Source: Antedon mediterranea (taxonomy: Eukaryota; Animalia; Echinodermata). Taken from it: DNA of 64,000 bases. Each line of letters opens with the position of its first letter. Position 1 is the stretch's first letter. The notes below the pieces were generated by a model, which saw only the letters and a program-made list of their open reading frames with translations, had not been told where the DNA came from and did no database searches. Location: the NCBI RefSeq assembly GCF_964355755.1, contig NC_092673.1, forward strand, positions 31,431,648 to 31,495,647. The letters run 5' to 3'. A program made the position numbers and the translations under genes. This document shows, in pieces, positions 1 through 12,952 of the stretch.

Positions 1-103
1 ATATTTACCCTAAAATCAACTATCTTAAAACCAGAGATTTTAAAGTTAATTTGTGGCTTTAATTTACTGCTCTACTATTAATTTATAACTAGGAACCACT
101 CAC

Positions 104-3100
104 CCTTCGTTCCTGGTGTCTCTCAATAAGTGCTTCGGCCCCAGGGCTGTCTTTGGCCAGCTCGTCAGCGTTGATCAACGCTTTCATGTCAGACGTCCAC
201 ATGGTAAGGTCTCGGTAATCAGACAAAAATCGATGTAATTTGTATGACTCTTCCAAACGAATACGTCGATCATTAGCCTAAGGATGAAAATTCTAAAGTG
301 TTTTAACTCATAATTCATAATTACTGTACAATATAATGAATGAAATAATACATTTTTTTTCGTTTCCACTCAATTCAAATAAGAGAGATATCAACAAGTA
401 TTAAAGACATTCTCAAACATGCTAGGCTTAGGTTGAGTATACCACCGACCGCGCATCTCTGCCATAACAATGTAAACTCACCTTTTCTTTCAGATTCTGC
501 CAGTTAGACGCAATCTCGTTTTTCTTGCCTTCGATGAGCGGCGCATCAACCTCATGACTTTGTTCAAGGCGGTCTCCTTCCTGACACAAAGCAGTAACCT
601 GATTGGATAAAGAGAACACAAATTAATTACTACAAATGAGTACTGTGTATATAGAAATATATATGTCTATAAATTAACCTAAAATGCTTATTTTTAAATG
701 ACAAATGCAAGCACTGTACACTGGCCCTACTCAATCTACCTATTATTAGGCCTAACATACCTTCTCTTCTACTGCATTAAGATCCCTTTCTAGCCCATCA
801 TGTTTTCTTTGTAAGCCCTGTACACTGGCCAGGTCACGGCCATAATCATCTGTGGACAACAGTGTGTCCTTCTCATTAATCCAAGCAATAGTCTCATCAG
901 CATCTCTGTAATAATAAATTACATATTTTTTATTAGAAATCTCTCACTCAAATTAATAAAGCTCTACACTATCAAAGATTATGTGACAAAAAAATGTGAT
1001 GTGCCCATATAATATCATATCACTACCGTGTTTAAGTATATCACTACCATATTTGGGCACTTCACATTATTTTTGTCAAATTAGTTTGATAGTGTAGACA
1101 GAGCTTAAAGATGTATTGTCCCTTTGACTAATTCCCAAAAAATAAAAAATTTCGAAAAAAGGTGGCTCATTTTGAAGTATCATAATAATTATTAACTATC
1201 ACCAAAAATTTTTCGAAAAAAAAATCATTTAACTAAAATTTAAAGTCTTCGATCAAAACATATCCCATAATGAAACGCGCTTGTTTGGCTACTCTGTATG
1301 CAAAATCATAAAACTTCCTTATGATCTGTGTGAAAATACCTTCTTAACCGTGACGAGTTGTAAACAATCCTAATTAGCATATGCATAATGCGTACTTATG
1401 GTTTGAAATCTTTGTTTACTTTCGCTCGCGACGATTTTCTAGATGAAATGTAATCAAACTAATTTACCTGTTAATTACGTAAACTTGTTGTTTTTAGCTC
1501 GATTTTTCAACTTAAAGTGAATAAGTTTAATATTACTTTGAGATGGCCACTTTAAATTTAGAATATTTTTACCTTCATTTTTGTGTTTTTAAGGGACAAT
1601 ACATCTTTAAGGAATCATCTAATTAAACACAACTCGTTATCTGTTTGTACAAAAAATTACAACTGGACAATGAAAATATTAAGATCATATAAGTCAAAAT
1701 ATTGGACTAGCTAGACAAATATTGTATAGGACTACCACTACTGTATGTGGCTAGCATTATCTTTATCAGTCATCACTGATAACTTACCTGTTAAATCGTT
1801 GAATCTCCATGGCACCAAAGAGCTTCTCTTTCCTAGCAACCGACAACAGTTTTAGTTGTTTCCATGCTTCATTCACCTCCTACAAATATTAAGTAAAAAC
1901 ATGATAAACAGTTTATAAATCATTTGCAGTGTTAAGCCTTGGTTATGGTCATATCGCTACCATATTTGGGCATATCGCTACCATATTTGGGCACATCATA
2001 CTGTTTCTGTGAACCTAGTTTGATAGTGTAAAGAGCTCTATATTATATGAACTGGCCAACTCCCATCCAGCAATCTATGTACTAAGCAATCAATGGCAAA
2101 AATGGCAAATTAAATAAATTAATAAAGTTTACCTCTTGTTTCTCAGCGATGAATTCTGACTCTGGGTGCTCCTCGTTAATCAACATGGTTGCTTCCTGAT
2201 TCACAGCCTCAACTCGGTCTTCATGTGCAAGAAGGTCCTGTAAACAAGGTCAAAGTTCAAAGGTTAACACCAATTGTATCAACAGCTTGCTTTATTGACA
2301 TTGTGGAGTTGTAGTTTAATCCTTTTCTCTGCTTTTATTTGACTTGGAAGAGCACCATTTTGTGGATATGGCAATTTAAAAAGCCTACTATATTATTAGT
2401 AGATATGATAGTTACCCATCTGTACTAAGACCAGGGGCGGATTGCTATAAAACAGTCTTAACTAATGGTCTTAACTCCCCGATTAAAGCCGGCTTTATCT
2501 GATAGACGGTCTTACTAAAGCCACCCCTGTTAGACCATTGCTATAAAACAGTCTTAGATAAGACCGCGTAAAGTAACAAATTGAGGGCGTACTTTGCGCG
2601 TAGAATACCAAATAAGGTAATGTTCGTCACGCTTGTTCAATTCACAATCATAACAGTACGTACATTTCTACGCAAGAAAATCTATTCTAGGGCTATATAA
2701 GAATAAAATCACCGTTATTATTTGATTTAACACTTAAAACTCGATCTATTTTGGTTGTCTTTGACGATAAATAATACGTAAAAGCAACAAAAAGAGAGGT
2801 TTAAGACTGTTTTAAGACTCCTTCGAGTAGGCTTTAATTTTAAAGACCGTTTACAGGTTAGACCGCGGTATAGCAATGGTCTATAATGTAAGACTACTTG
2901 CTACGTCACGAATTATAGCCGGCTAAGCGCTAAGACCGGCTATAGACCGCTTATAGCAATCCGCCCCTGGGTTCAAAATTCAGGATTTTTAAAACTCCAC
3001 TTTCCAATCTTTCTACTATGAATCCATACCATACACTAATAAGAAAGTTTTAAAACATTCTTTTCCTTGAATAAAATTCACAATGTTTTACCTTGTTGAA

Positions 3101-6100
3101 CTCATCAAATTTTTTCTGTAGCGCCTCGACATGCTCAAGGTCACGACCTGTCTCAGTTGAAGAAGCAAATGCTTGCTGCAAGTGTAAATAAAAATATAAT
3201 TAAATGCATTTTTCCACCACTTTAGTACATTTAATTAAAATTCAAGTAAATTTGGAACATTTTATGAATAGAATTTAACACCGGCATTCTATATATTTTA
3301 TAAAACAAAATTAAACTGTGTTTACTTTATAAGGCTATAATGAATTAAAAAGTGTTTGAATTATAGTTATAAATGAATATCCTTAAATCCTGCTTCTTTG
3401 TGCGTACAGCTATTATTTCCTGTGGCTTTGCCATATTAACAAAGCCTACAATAATTGGCTACTACATATATACTTTGATCACTTCCTTTGATTAGCCTAT
3501 CATACTATACGGAGTACTACTTACTAGGGCCACATAAATACCTAAGCTCGAACCCAGGCTAGAAAAATAGCAAAAATTGTTGCCAGGTCTAATGAACCGG
3601 TAACCCATTCTTAGTATTCATACTGATTCAATAATCACATTATCTGTACTTTAATTCAATTCATCTTTATTGGTCTAATTTGTATACAGAATATAAAATC
3701 AAATAATCTTAATAATCTTAACAGTAATGTAAATGAGAGAATAAGCTGCTACTTGTAGCCACTTGGCTGAATTGCGCATAGGTGTTGATACCATGTCTAC
3801 TCCCTAACGGCACCCATTCGTCTGTCTACAACGGGGTAAATGGACCAGTACACCAAAGTAACCCCCTACTATTACGAAAGATGTACTGGGTTCTTTAAAG
3901 TGCAGATAGTTTTTAATATAATAATAATTGGTCTACCAAACTCAACAGCTATTAGTTTTGGGCTAAATTAAACAAAGCTGCTGTGCTTACTTTGTCTCCA
4001 ATCCATGACATTACTTCCTCGCATTCACGTAGGAAGTGGACCAGCTTCTGAGCCTGTAGCAGTTTAACTCCCTTTTCACTCAGCTTAAGCAAGAGCAGGT
4101 CCCATAGGCGATGTATCTCTTCCAGGCGGGCCTAGATGAAACAATATGTTAATCATAATCAACTGACATTGTATGGATAAAGTTAGTTATAAATTAACTG
4201 AATAAATTATTTCAAATACAGCCTCTGAGTAAGGAAGGGATTCAGGATTCGGTGGTCAAAGAGAAAGAAGAGTAGTCAAAGAGAAAGATGTGGTTAAAGA
4301 GAAACAGGTGGTCAAAGAGGAAGAGTAATCATCAAGAAACAGGTGGTCAGACAGAAAGAGGTGGTCAGAGATAAAAAGATAGTCAGTAAAAAAGAGAGAG
4401 AGAGGCAGTCGGATAAATTGAAGTGGTCAGAAAAAGAGGTTGTTGACAGAGGCAGTCTGAAATTGAGGTGGTCAATGAAAGAGGTATTCAGAAATTGGTG
4501 ACCTTGGTGACCAGACAGACAGAAATGGTTAGAGTTATAGCATTAGTCTCACCTGAATAATCTCAGTAGCAAAGTGACTGTGTTGTATCATGACGTTCCC
4601 TTGTACGTCTAATTCATCAATGTTGTTCTTATGGCCGATTACCTCTGCCTCAAATGCCTGGTGTTTCTGTAGCTTTCCCTACATAAATACAAAATGATTT
4701 GTTATTAAATTGTTCAATATGGAACAATTAAATTACCTGCATACTGTAGGAAAAAAAGAACCAGTCAGTTGCATATTATTATTTTGATTGCTATGAAAGA
4801 AACTTTATTTAAATCTACCATATTTAATCCTATCTTGACAAATAGGATAGAAACAAATGAAACACAGACGCTCAAAACAGACAGTTGTAATAATACTGTA
4901 ATACTATTTTATGTCAAATAATCAAAGCTAATTTCTATGTTCATATGTAAATCTATTACTTACTGTAACGGTACTCTGTACTACTACTTAGCAAAAAATT
5001 ACTGGATTCGAAAGAAAATCTACAAAGTTCTATACTGGATATTACAGTACATGCAACTAAACACAAATACTTTTATTTTCATTTTACTCCTTTATTTATT
5101 TTTCCAGAAGACTTAATAATACTGTATTGCCATGGTATTGCCTACTCAGCATTATTGTTACACATTATTAATTATAATAATATATTTAACAAGTTACTTG
5201 TCATCAGTAATTTAATGGAATTCAACATTTTTGTTATCATTTAACTCTATATCCAACATCTCCATCATAGTTGAGTCCTTTTCCAACCATACATCCATAT
5301 CTCCCTCTAGTTGTCAATGGTTGAGTCCTTCTCTAATCCTACACCCAGATCTCCCTCTAGTTATGAATGGTTGAGTCCATACCATAGTGATGAGTGATGA
5401 GGTGCAATGTATGTACATATTGATTCAAGCATACCTGTATTGTATTCTATGAATACAAACCACAGACTGTGTTAACAATTATACAATCATTAACTAAAGT
5501 CCAACAATCCTTAACAAGTCAAGCATAAAATTCAGCTAAACCAAATCTGTAGTCTACATTGGATCCGTTGTAATTTGTAACATTATAAGACATTTTAAAT
5601 TTTACATTTTGTGTAATTATACAGACCAGTGAAAACATTATTAAAATTTATTTAAACTTTGTTAAACTGACGAAACATATATAGAATAACGTATCATAAA
5701 CCAAAACCATTAACAAAAATTTAAATACTAGTGTATATTTATCAACAATCCAGTATTAGTTTACTATGTTTTAAGCCTTGTCTACACTATCAAATTGTAT
5801 GTGTCCATATACGGACATGATGATGTCATATATCACTACCATATTTAGGCCCATCACACTTTTTTTGTCAAACTAGTTGTTGCAATTTCACTCTTCCTTG
5901 ATTAAAATATGTAAATAAACTATACAATTCATATTTATATTAATGTAAAAACAGAAATCTATTTCATTCATTGTCTTGCATTACAAATTTGAAACTTTCA
6001 AGATGATGTCAATTCTAGCTCGCAAGAATAACCAAAAACCAGAACATGTTATTGTTAAACAAAAATTGGTTACTTCCTGGCCTACAGAAGGAAAGGAAGC

Positions 6101-9100
6101 TGGATTCATTTGTCCCATATTAAGACAATTTTCCTCAAAACAAAAGCAAAAATGATTCTACATTTATTAAGACAAAACAGCATACTGAATTAAATAAATT
6201 TTCTAAAGAGCATTTCTTTACTTGATCAATATGATTTAATAACTTAGGTTTTCTTTTAACAGAATATTTTGAAGTGAAAATAACTACTTATAATCCAGGT
6301 AATGTATTATAATTACAATACATTCCATATCATAATATGAATATCTAATTGTAAAAAAATTGCTTTATCGGGTGAAATCGATCTCCGGTGAAACTAAAAT
6401 TTAACGCATTAGGCCGCAAGGGATTGGTATAATGTACAGTTGGACACACCATACTCTCGCTTCATCTCATTAAGTGTAACAAATTAAATAAACAGAGAGG
6501 AATTAATTAAAATTATGAAAGCGATCGTAACTAGTTGACGACAATCCAATTAGTGTGTTGATGATAAAAAAACTGATATACTGTAGTTGTACAGGGCCTC
6601 TATCTACACGATCAAACTAGTTTGACAAAAAAGTGTGATGTGCCCAAATATGGTAGTGATATGCCCAAATATGGTAGTGATATGACATCATCATGTCCAT
6701 ATATGGGAAAATTACTTTTTTTTTGATAGACAGAGCTTAAGGTTTGGAAATTAAACAGAGTTACTTTTTAGCTAACAGAATTAACCAAACAGATCATTTA
6801 CAGTAAATCTAACACTATGGCTACTGAACTATATAAAGTAGAGAATAACATAAAACACATTGTATTATTTATAGTATAGAAATAAAACTAATTACTAAAT
6901 AATACTGTAGAATCATTACCAAACTAAAAAAAAAACAAAGAAAAATAATATTCTATGCACTGAAGTAATCACTCTTATTGTATTTAATTAACGAATGACC
7001 TATGCACTTTGTACAGAACATAAAACTATAATACTGTACATTAAATTATATTTCCACACAGCAGCAGTTACAGTTAAGCAGTGCAAAGAATATTAAATTT
7101 ACTATTACAGTTTAAGATCATAAATAAAGCATTTAACTTCAGCCAACACATGAGTTTCGATGATTCTTAAACCGTACATACCGTTACATTGAAGAGGTTA
7201 AAATAATCCTAGACCAATCAACAATCATTAAAATGTTACATATGTTAGTAGATTACATGTGAAAAATATTATTAATGTTACAAATAATGTTAGTACAGTA
7301 CATATGCAAAATAATATTTTTTAAAAGAAATAATAAAACCAACATTTATTTATTTATTTATTTTATTCAGTCAAAACCAACAGCGATAAATACCGCCACT
7401 AACAGGTTTGAAACATAAAACAATACAACATCAAAAACGGTTAACAATAAAATACAGATAAAATATGTATATATATACCGTACTGACGCGGGTATAAGCC
7501 CACCCCCCTCGAACTTGAAATCACGTCAAGTTTGGGGGGTGGGCTTATACCCGAGGATCCAAAAATGCAGATCGTCAAAAACAGCACATGTACACTGTGT
7601 ATTCCACCATGCGAGCGAGCGCCCTCACGTGTACGACGTTGCCTCTAAATACACGAGGTGTAGAGTGTCGGAAAATTAAGCTTATAGTTCGTGTAATTTA
7701 TCGTAGAATATCTTATTTTAAACATCAATTGAACAAGAATTTATCAAGCAGAATAGCAAGTATACAATATTCGTTAAATAGAAATGTACCAAAGAAATTT
7801 AATAAGCTTGTTAATGGCAGCCGATACCAAATAGTGGTTTTCTAGGCTCGCGCTAACCGCTCGCCAATTCGCCAATGGCGACTGGAGTCTCCATTTGGCG
7901 AAAATAATTATTGCCTCGTTCGCCAAATTGGCGAAAATACATTTCCAAGCCTAGGCCTAGCCTGGTCGGCGTGACTTCTTAATGGGAGCGAGAATTCGCC
8001 ACACTTCGGTACTTTCTGACTCGGGTACACTTTTTACCACAACAGCATTTTATGTGACGACGTCACGATCGCCGTGTTCATTTTTTTAGTTCTGTTTAAA
8101 CATGCGCAGAGCGTGCCTCGATGACGTTTTAATGACACGCAGTTAATGTGATTGGTTCGTGGCCGGTCGTCGTCGACGTGATGATGAGCGAATAAAAGGG
8201 GAAGTCCCTATTCTTCGACGTAGAAAATGAACTTCGAGAAGAAAATGTAAACAGAAACATGTGGACGAATACTTCCGTAAACGAGGCTGTTCTGTTATTT
8301 AAAAAGGGGAATTTTAAATTTAACAAAGTAATTACCTCAATAGTATAATGTTAACATGTTTAATTTTATTTCCCTTTCGATTATTCTAACCGAAAGTTGC
8401 GCTTTAAATTGAATAGCTAAGAAACAACGTATACTACAACGGCAACCCTGGCCAAAGCGCGTTTCGGCCGCCTACATAGAATGGGTTACGGCCGCTGCAT
8501 AGCAAATTCAAAGCTTCTTAAATTTCTGTGGTACATTTCTTCCTAACGTACTTGTTTTATATAATAGATTGATAAATATTCCACTTATTAAATAATTTAA
8601 TAAATCGGTAAAATTGACGTTTCCAAGCAAGTATTCCATGATGAGAGGCGACATTTTTCGACATGCCTCGTGTGCGGCGAATACTAGTTCAGAAAATGGA
8701 ACAGTCCATTGTGCGGGGGTTATCCAATCATTAATTAACGCGCTAATACCTAGGCGACGGTAATTTAGTAATAAGCGGAGAACTGAATCCCCCGTAAGGA
8801 AAATGGTAAACACTGATATTTATGGTAGGGATTATTTTTTTCAGTGGTTGGTCTTGTTGGCTTCTTCGCACCAGGTCCACGCAAAGTCAAATAAAACGAT
8901 GTGGTTTATCAAACAGAAATATAAATTACCGTAGCTTTAATTCATTACTAAATTAGCCAGATTTTGATAATGAGAAAGGCTAAAAAATGGTTATCGTTAA
9001 AATTGACATATGAGGCGGATGTACATAATAATAATAACCGATTTACATATCAAAATAAAGAGTATTTAAAGCCTGATAACATGCAACAAAAATTACTCCA

Positions 9101-11014
9101 CCACCTATTATGGACCTCGTGCGATCGGGTGCGAAAATGGGTAGGTGTTTTCCAAAGTTATTTTTAGCGCGCAGATTTCGGCTCGCCGGCTTTTGTACCT
9201 CATTTTTAACTCGTGTTTTCTATTAAAATATTTAATAAACATAGATTAAAAATATATAAAAATAATCCCTTAAACAAGATCTTTCCAGGCATATAATTTT
9301 TATTCTCATGGGTACATAAGAAATAGTATATTTTTAACTTCAAAGACACGTCACTTTTTGAAATTTCACGAACGTGTTAAAATCGCGGTAACGAAAATCA
9401 GCTTCATTGGGATAAATAATAATAATATAAATGTAAAAGAAGTAAAATAACAAACAAATACATGCATTATTTATTTAATAAACATTTTTGCGAATTTTTA
9501 TGGTTTTTTAAATTTGGCTAAAGGATTTTCAATTTGACCTTAGCGCGAGCGTAGGTTTTCCGTTTTGGCGACTTGTAGCGTCGTGTGTGAAGCGATCTTC
9601 GACCGCGATGGAGTGTAAACAAAACAGGACCGCTAGGCCTCATATGGCCTAGCGTATATTAGCCTAGCTTGGTTATGATCAAAGGTAGGTGTATTCGGTG
9701 TATGGACGTCGCCAAATACAAAATAATGTATTACGACACACACTGTAGATCTTCGAATTAATGGGTGGGCTTATACCCGAGCAGCCCACGAAATTCAGAA
9801 AAAAAGAAGGTCGGCAAAAAATTGCCGACCTTAAATTCGCCAAGTTCGGCAGTCTCGGCAGTTCTAAAAATAGAAAATTCACCAAGGCCTAACCTCTTGC
9901 TAACCTAAAAAGGCCTAGCTAGGCCTAGCCTCCCTAGCTATATGTTATGCAAACAGAACTAGCGAAATTAACTAAAATATAACACTAAAATTTACAAGAT
10001 AAATTCTATTTGATAATTGCTGAACATCATGGTTCTTGGCATAACAGGGTATTCCCCTACACAGGTCTGTGGCGCACAGCGCTGTGCCCAGCCAGCTTGG
10101 TTGATAGGAAAGCATGCAGCTCACACACAAAATGATGTAATGGTTGAGTGAATTCAGGGATCATCTTAATTCCATGGTTTGTTAACTAAACCCAACATGG
10201 TGGTGAATATGCCTGTTTTTAAATTTCAATGATACGATCCCTTAAAGTACCATGTTGTTGCTAGGAGGCTTGAAAGGAGGGATCTAGGCTAGTTTCTAGG
10301 TAGGTCGGCAATCTCTTGCCGTCCTCTGACAATTTAAGGTCGGCAATAAGGTCGGCAATTGCCGATTGCCGACGTGAAATTCGTGGGCTGCCCGAGTGCC
10401 TCATTTTTCATGAAAATTAGTCAAAAGTCGGGGGTGGGCTTATACCCGAGTATGGGCTTATACCCGCGTCAGTACGGTATATATATATATATATACATGA
10501 ACATAGATCGGCATGCCATAAGCAATTTCAATTTAAAATTTATATTAATCAAACAGGTTATGCAGGCTGTTCAAGAAAAATATATCATTTTAATGATTTA
10601 CAGTGCTTTGACAACTTCTTACTAAATCAACATAAACAGTTTAAAAAAACTATTTGCATTACAAAATTATTAACAATTTGTTTAAAACAGTGTTAAAAAA
10701 ACGTGGTATCTTTTAATACAGAAGACCGTGAAAATTGAATTGAATTTAATATAAAAATATTGATTGTTAAATGTTACCTGTAAATTAACAGGATCCCGCC
10801 AACTTTCGTCTGATGCAGTCTGCAGTTTTTCCAGAATCCAAGACTCCAGTTCATCAGCATCTCTTTTGAAATACTGGAACTGCCTGGCATCTTCTAACTT
10901 CTGTCGACGCTCTTTTGCAAGTATTTTGAAGTGTTCATATCTGTCCAGTACTTGCTGACGGCGCTCTGTGATGTCATCTGCCGTATCAAGAATCTTGATT
11001 CCTTGATCAGCCAT
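104..11014 (-). CDS. SPTAN1: Alpha-spectrin (non-erythroid type), 5' part; 9 coding exons (about 407 aa) in window, gene continues beyond position 1
   Basis: Exons, all GT-AG with consistent phase: 10778-11014 (MADQGIKILDTADDITERRQQVLDRY...DPVNLQ), 4553-4678 (GKLQKHQAFEAEV), 3991-4131, 3092-3175 (GRDLEHVEALQKKFDEF), 2133-2237, 1788-1879, 761-905 (RDADETIAWINEK...DDYGRDLASVQ), 482-598, 104-277. Matches the alpha-spectrin N-terminus and spectrin repeats. Confidence 0.97.
959..1106. mobile_element. About 150-bp Harbinger/Tourist-like MITE, family H1
   Basis: TIR AGCTCT(GTCT)ACACTATCAAA, internal ATATCACTACCATATTTGGGC repeats, TAA/TTA flanks. At least 9 copies in window. Confidence 0.7.
1109..1606. 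mobile_element. Kolobok-like MITE, family K2
   Basis: TIR AGATGTATTGTCCCTT / AAGGGACAATACATCT with TTAA on both sides (1105-1108, 1607-1610). Related copies at 61162-61426 and about 44357-44570. Confidence 0.75.
2431..2970. mobile_element. Harbinger-like MITE
   Basis: Perfect 20-bp terminal inverted repeat CCAGGGGCGGATTGCTATAA / TTATAGCAATCCGCCCCTGG, plus internal subterminal IRs. Confidence 0.7.
3700..3905 (-). mobile_element. Deu-domain SINE fragment
   Basis: Minus strand reads CACTTTAAAGAACCCAGTACATCTTTCGTAATAGTAGGGGGTTAC, resembling the Deu/Nin SINE domain and the copy at 62367-62640. Confidence 0.5.
4250..4530 (+). repeat. Degenerate purine-rich minisatellite (about 17-19 bp unit, GTGGTCA(A/G)AGAGAAAGAG)
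   Basis: More than 10 diverged units in a spectrin intron. Confidence 0.6.
6594..6740. mobile_element. MITE family H1 copy (reverse orientation)
   Basis: Same TIR and internal repeats as 959-1106. Partial copies also at about 1935-2040 and 5773-5879. Confidence 0.7.
7843..9553. mobile_element. Non-autonomous hAT-like element with 7-bp TSD, nested
   Basis: TIR TAGGCTCGCGCTAA / TTAGCGCGAGCGTA; direct repeat GGTTTTC at 7836-7842 and 9554-9560; subterminal TCGCCAA/TTGGCGA repeats. Confidence 0.7.
9782..10390. mobile_element. Non-autonomous hAT-like element with 6-bp TSD, nested
   Basis: TIR CAGCCCACGAA / TTCGTGGGCTG; direct repeat CCCGAG at 9776-9781 and 10391-10396; GTCGGCAA/TTGCCGAC subterminal repeats. 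Confidence 0.75.
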
Positions 11015-11354
11015 ATTTCTGAAAAAAAAAAAGCATACAGCATAAAGCTAATTTTGTTGCTATTTTGAGAGAATATACAATTATGTGTATTTCACTAGTT
11101 AGGCATCCACAGCGTTGTATCCAGGCCCCTCAAACCAACAGGACGAAGATCCCCCGATCGGTCAGAATGACCTTTCTCCCTGAACAGTCGAGATAAAAAA
11201 AAAGGCGTATCCTCATCATCAACATCACCTAACAATCTTCACTCTTTTTTAAACTATCATAGAATGAAAACGACTATCATCTTAACTTAATGAATAAATA
11301 AATATAACGTAATTCGAATGCAATAATTAATATAGAGTGTTATTATGTACTTAC

Positions 11355-11460
11355 GTTTACAAACGTGAAATTCTATTAACTGTTTTTACACATAAACTCG
11401 TCCTTTCTAAATTTATTCTAGCGTCTTTTTATCGCGACAAATGGATCCACTGAATGTTGT
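11355..11460 (-). other. Probable non-coding first exon of alpha-spectrin (upstream boundary uncertain)
   Basis: The ATG exon is preceded by a polyT-CAG acceptor at 11019-11020, so an upstream UTR exon is required. A consensus GTAAGT donor lies at 11354-11349. Confidence 0.45.
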
Positions 11461-11724
11461 TGAGATAATCAGATTTGCTATTTTATTTATAAATCTTAAC
11501 CCCTCTTTTTTTTCAAAATTTAAATTAATTAGGACATTATCAGACTATCATATTGCACTGATAAAACATTTCACATGTAACAAATATATGTAACTTCTAA
11601 TTAATTTTAGTATTTGTATATTTTCGAAGTATATTGATTCTCATTATTTAGTGTTTTTAATTTTATCATTAGTGATGCATATTGTACAGTACCAATAAAT
11701 GGAAGAGCCGAGAAAAAATTCCAC

Positions 11725-11739
11725 ATAGCGCCCTCTACA
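11725..11739 (-). promoter_or_regulatory. CTCF-like motif upstream of spectrin
   Basis: Minus strand TGTAGAGGGCGCTAT matches the AG(A/G)(G/T)GGCGCTA core. Motif match only. Confidence 0.3.
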
Positions 11740-12564
11740 ATTAGTAAAGCTCATAAAAAAACACCATTATTTTGCTCTTTCAAAAATGAACAAAACCCAA
11801 ATGTTAGTAATATCATATAGGCCTATAAAATACCAATAATTTGTATTATTTGGTTAAATTACTTAGGTGAATGAATTACAGTTAGTAATTCGAATAATAT
11901 AAAAGGAATAAATCAGCAACAAATTCAGAACATCATTGGATGGTGTGGGGAAAGTCTTCACCCGTATGTTAGTTGGCTATTGCCTACGTCATTTATGATA
12001 TAATTATACAGTGTACAGTATTTACATTACAGTATAAAATTTACAATTTGATTTTACCGAAGCTCGATCAAAAAAGAAACCACCCATCTCGAAATCAATT
12101 CAATAGTGATGAGCGGTATGGGCTTCTTTTCGAAATAAACTGTATAATGTCAAAAAATAGATGATGACGAACAACCAAACCTTATTATTTTATAAATATT
12201 TATTGTTTTCCAAATGGTACTTTGATTACATCTTGTATCTTCTTCTTGTCTGCTTCCTTGACCAAAGTCTCAAATTATAATTGTATATGCCCCTCTCTTA
12301 GTTTGGAAAAGTAATCTCGAAAAGAACCCCATATGAAAAAGCCCACCCAAAAGATGCTTATGCGGCAGGGCTTCAGTTTTTTTTTAGGTTTTATGGTATC
12401 ATCGCCACTCCTCATCCATCTGTAATTAAATGCGATGAGTGTCATGCCCGGTGTCATGGTACCTTTGGTCGACATCATAGGTTTGCATCCGTTTGAAAAT
12501 TGAGAATAAATAAATCTACAGGAAATGTTAGATTAGCAAGCAAACAATTGATTTTGTGTATTCC

Positions 12565-12952
12565 ATGTAAGAACTAGTTCTTCTCTGGCTTCTGAGAGCT
12601 TCAAATTGCTGCTGCATGCTGAGAGCAGTTTGTTGTACGTTATTAATTGACTACTTGTGTCAATAGAGGGAGCCCTGTCAAGGCAATCGAAATAAACGAA
12701 ATAAGAACGTGTTTTTTGTAATATAAAGGAAGGACTACTCCCCTGCACAGCGCAGCGCTCTGTTGATGTTTTGTTGAAATATGTGATGATTTATATTACA
12801 AAAAACACGTTCTTATTTCGTTTATTTCGATTGCCTTGACAGGGCTCCCTCTATTGACACAAGTAGTCAATTAATAACGTACAACAAACTGCTCTCAGCA
12901 TGCAGCAGCAATTTGAAGCTCTCAGAAGCCAGAGAAGAACTAGTTCTTACAT
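12565..12952. repeat. Perfect inverted repeat (163-bp arms, 62-bp loop), probably a foldback MITE
   Basis: 12565-12727 is the reverse complement of 12790-12952 with no mismatch seen by eye. Confidence 0.9.

Larger units (their letters stand above)
7478..10477. mobile_element. pogo/Tigger-like (Tc1-mariner) MITE in a (TA)n tract, host to two nested elements
   Basis: Perfect TIR CCGTACTGACGCGGGTATAAGCCCA / TGGGCTTATACCCGCGTCAGTACGG, TA flanks, internal GGGCTTATACCCG repeats. Confidence 0.85.

Noticed and set aside
5250-5380. About 50-bp degenerate tandem repeat
   Set aside because: Only about 2.5 diverged units; an ordinary intronic duplication.
7588-10625. Short ORFs inside the MITE stack as transposase or novel genes
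   Set aside because: No DDE, zinc-finger or other recognisable motif; lengths are consistent with chance and several cross element boundaries.
11098-11195. GC-richer patch in spectrin intron 1 as snoRNA or other ncRNA
   Set aside because: No clear C/D or H/ACA box arrangement or stable fold that I can support; an Rfam search would be needed.
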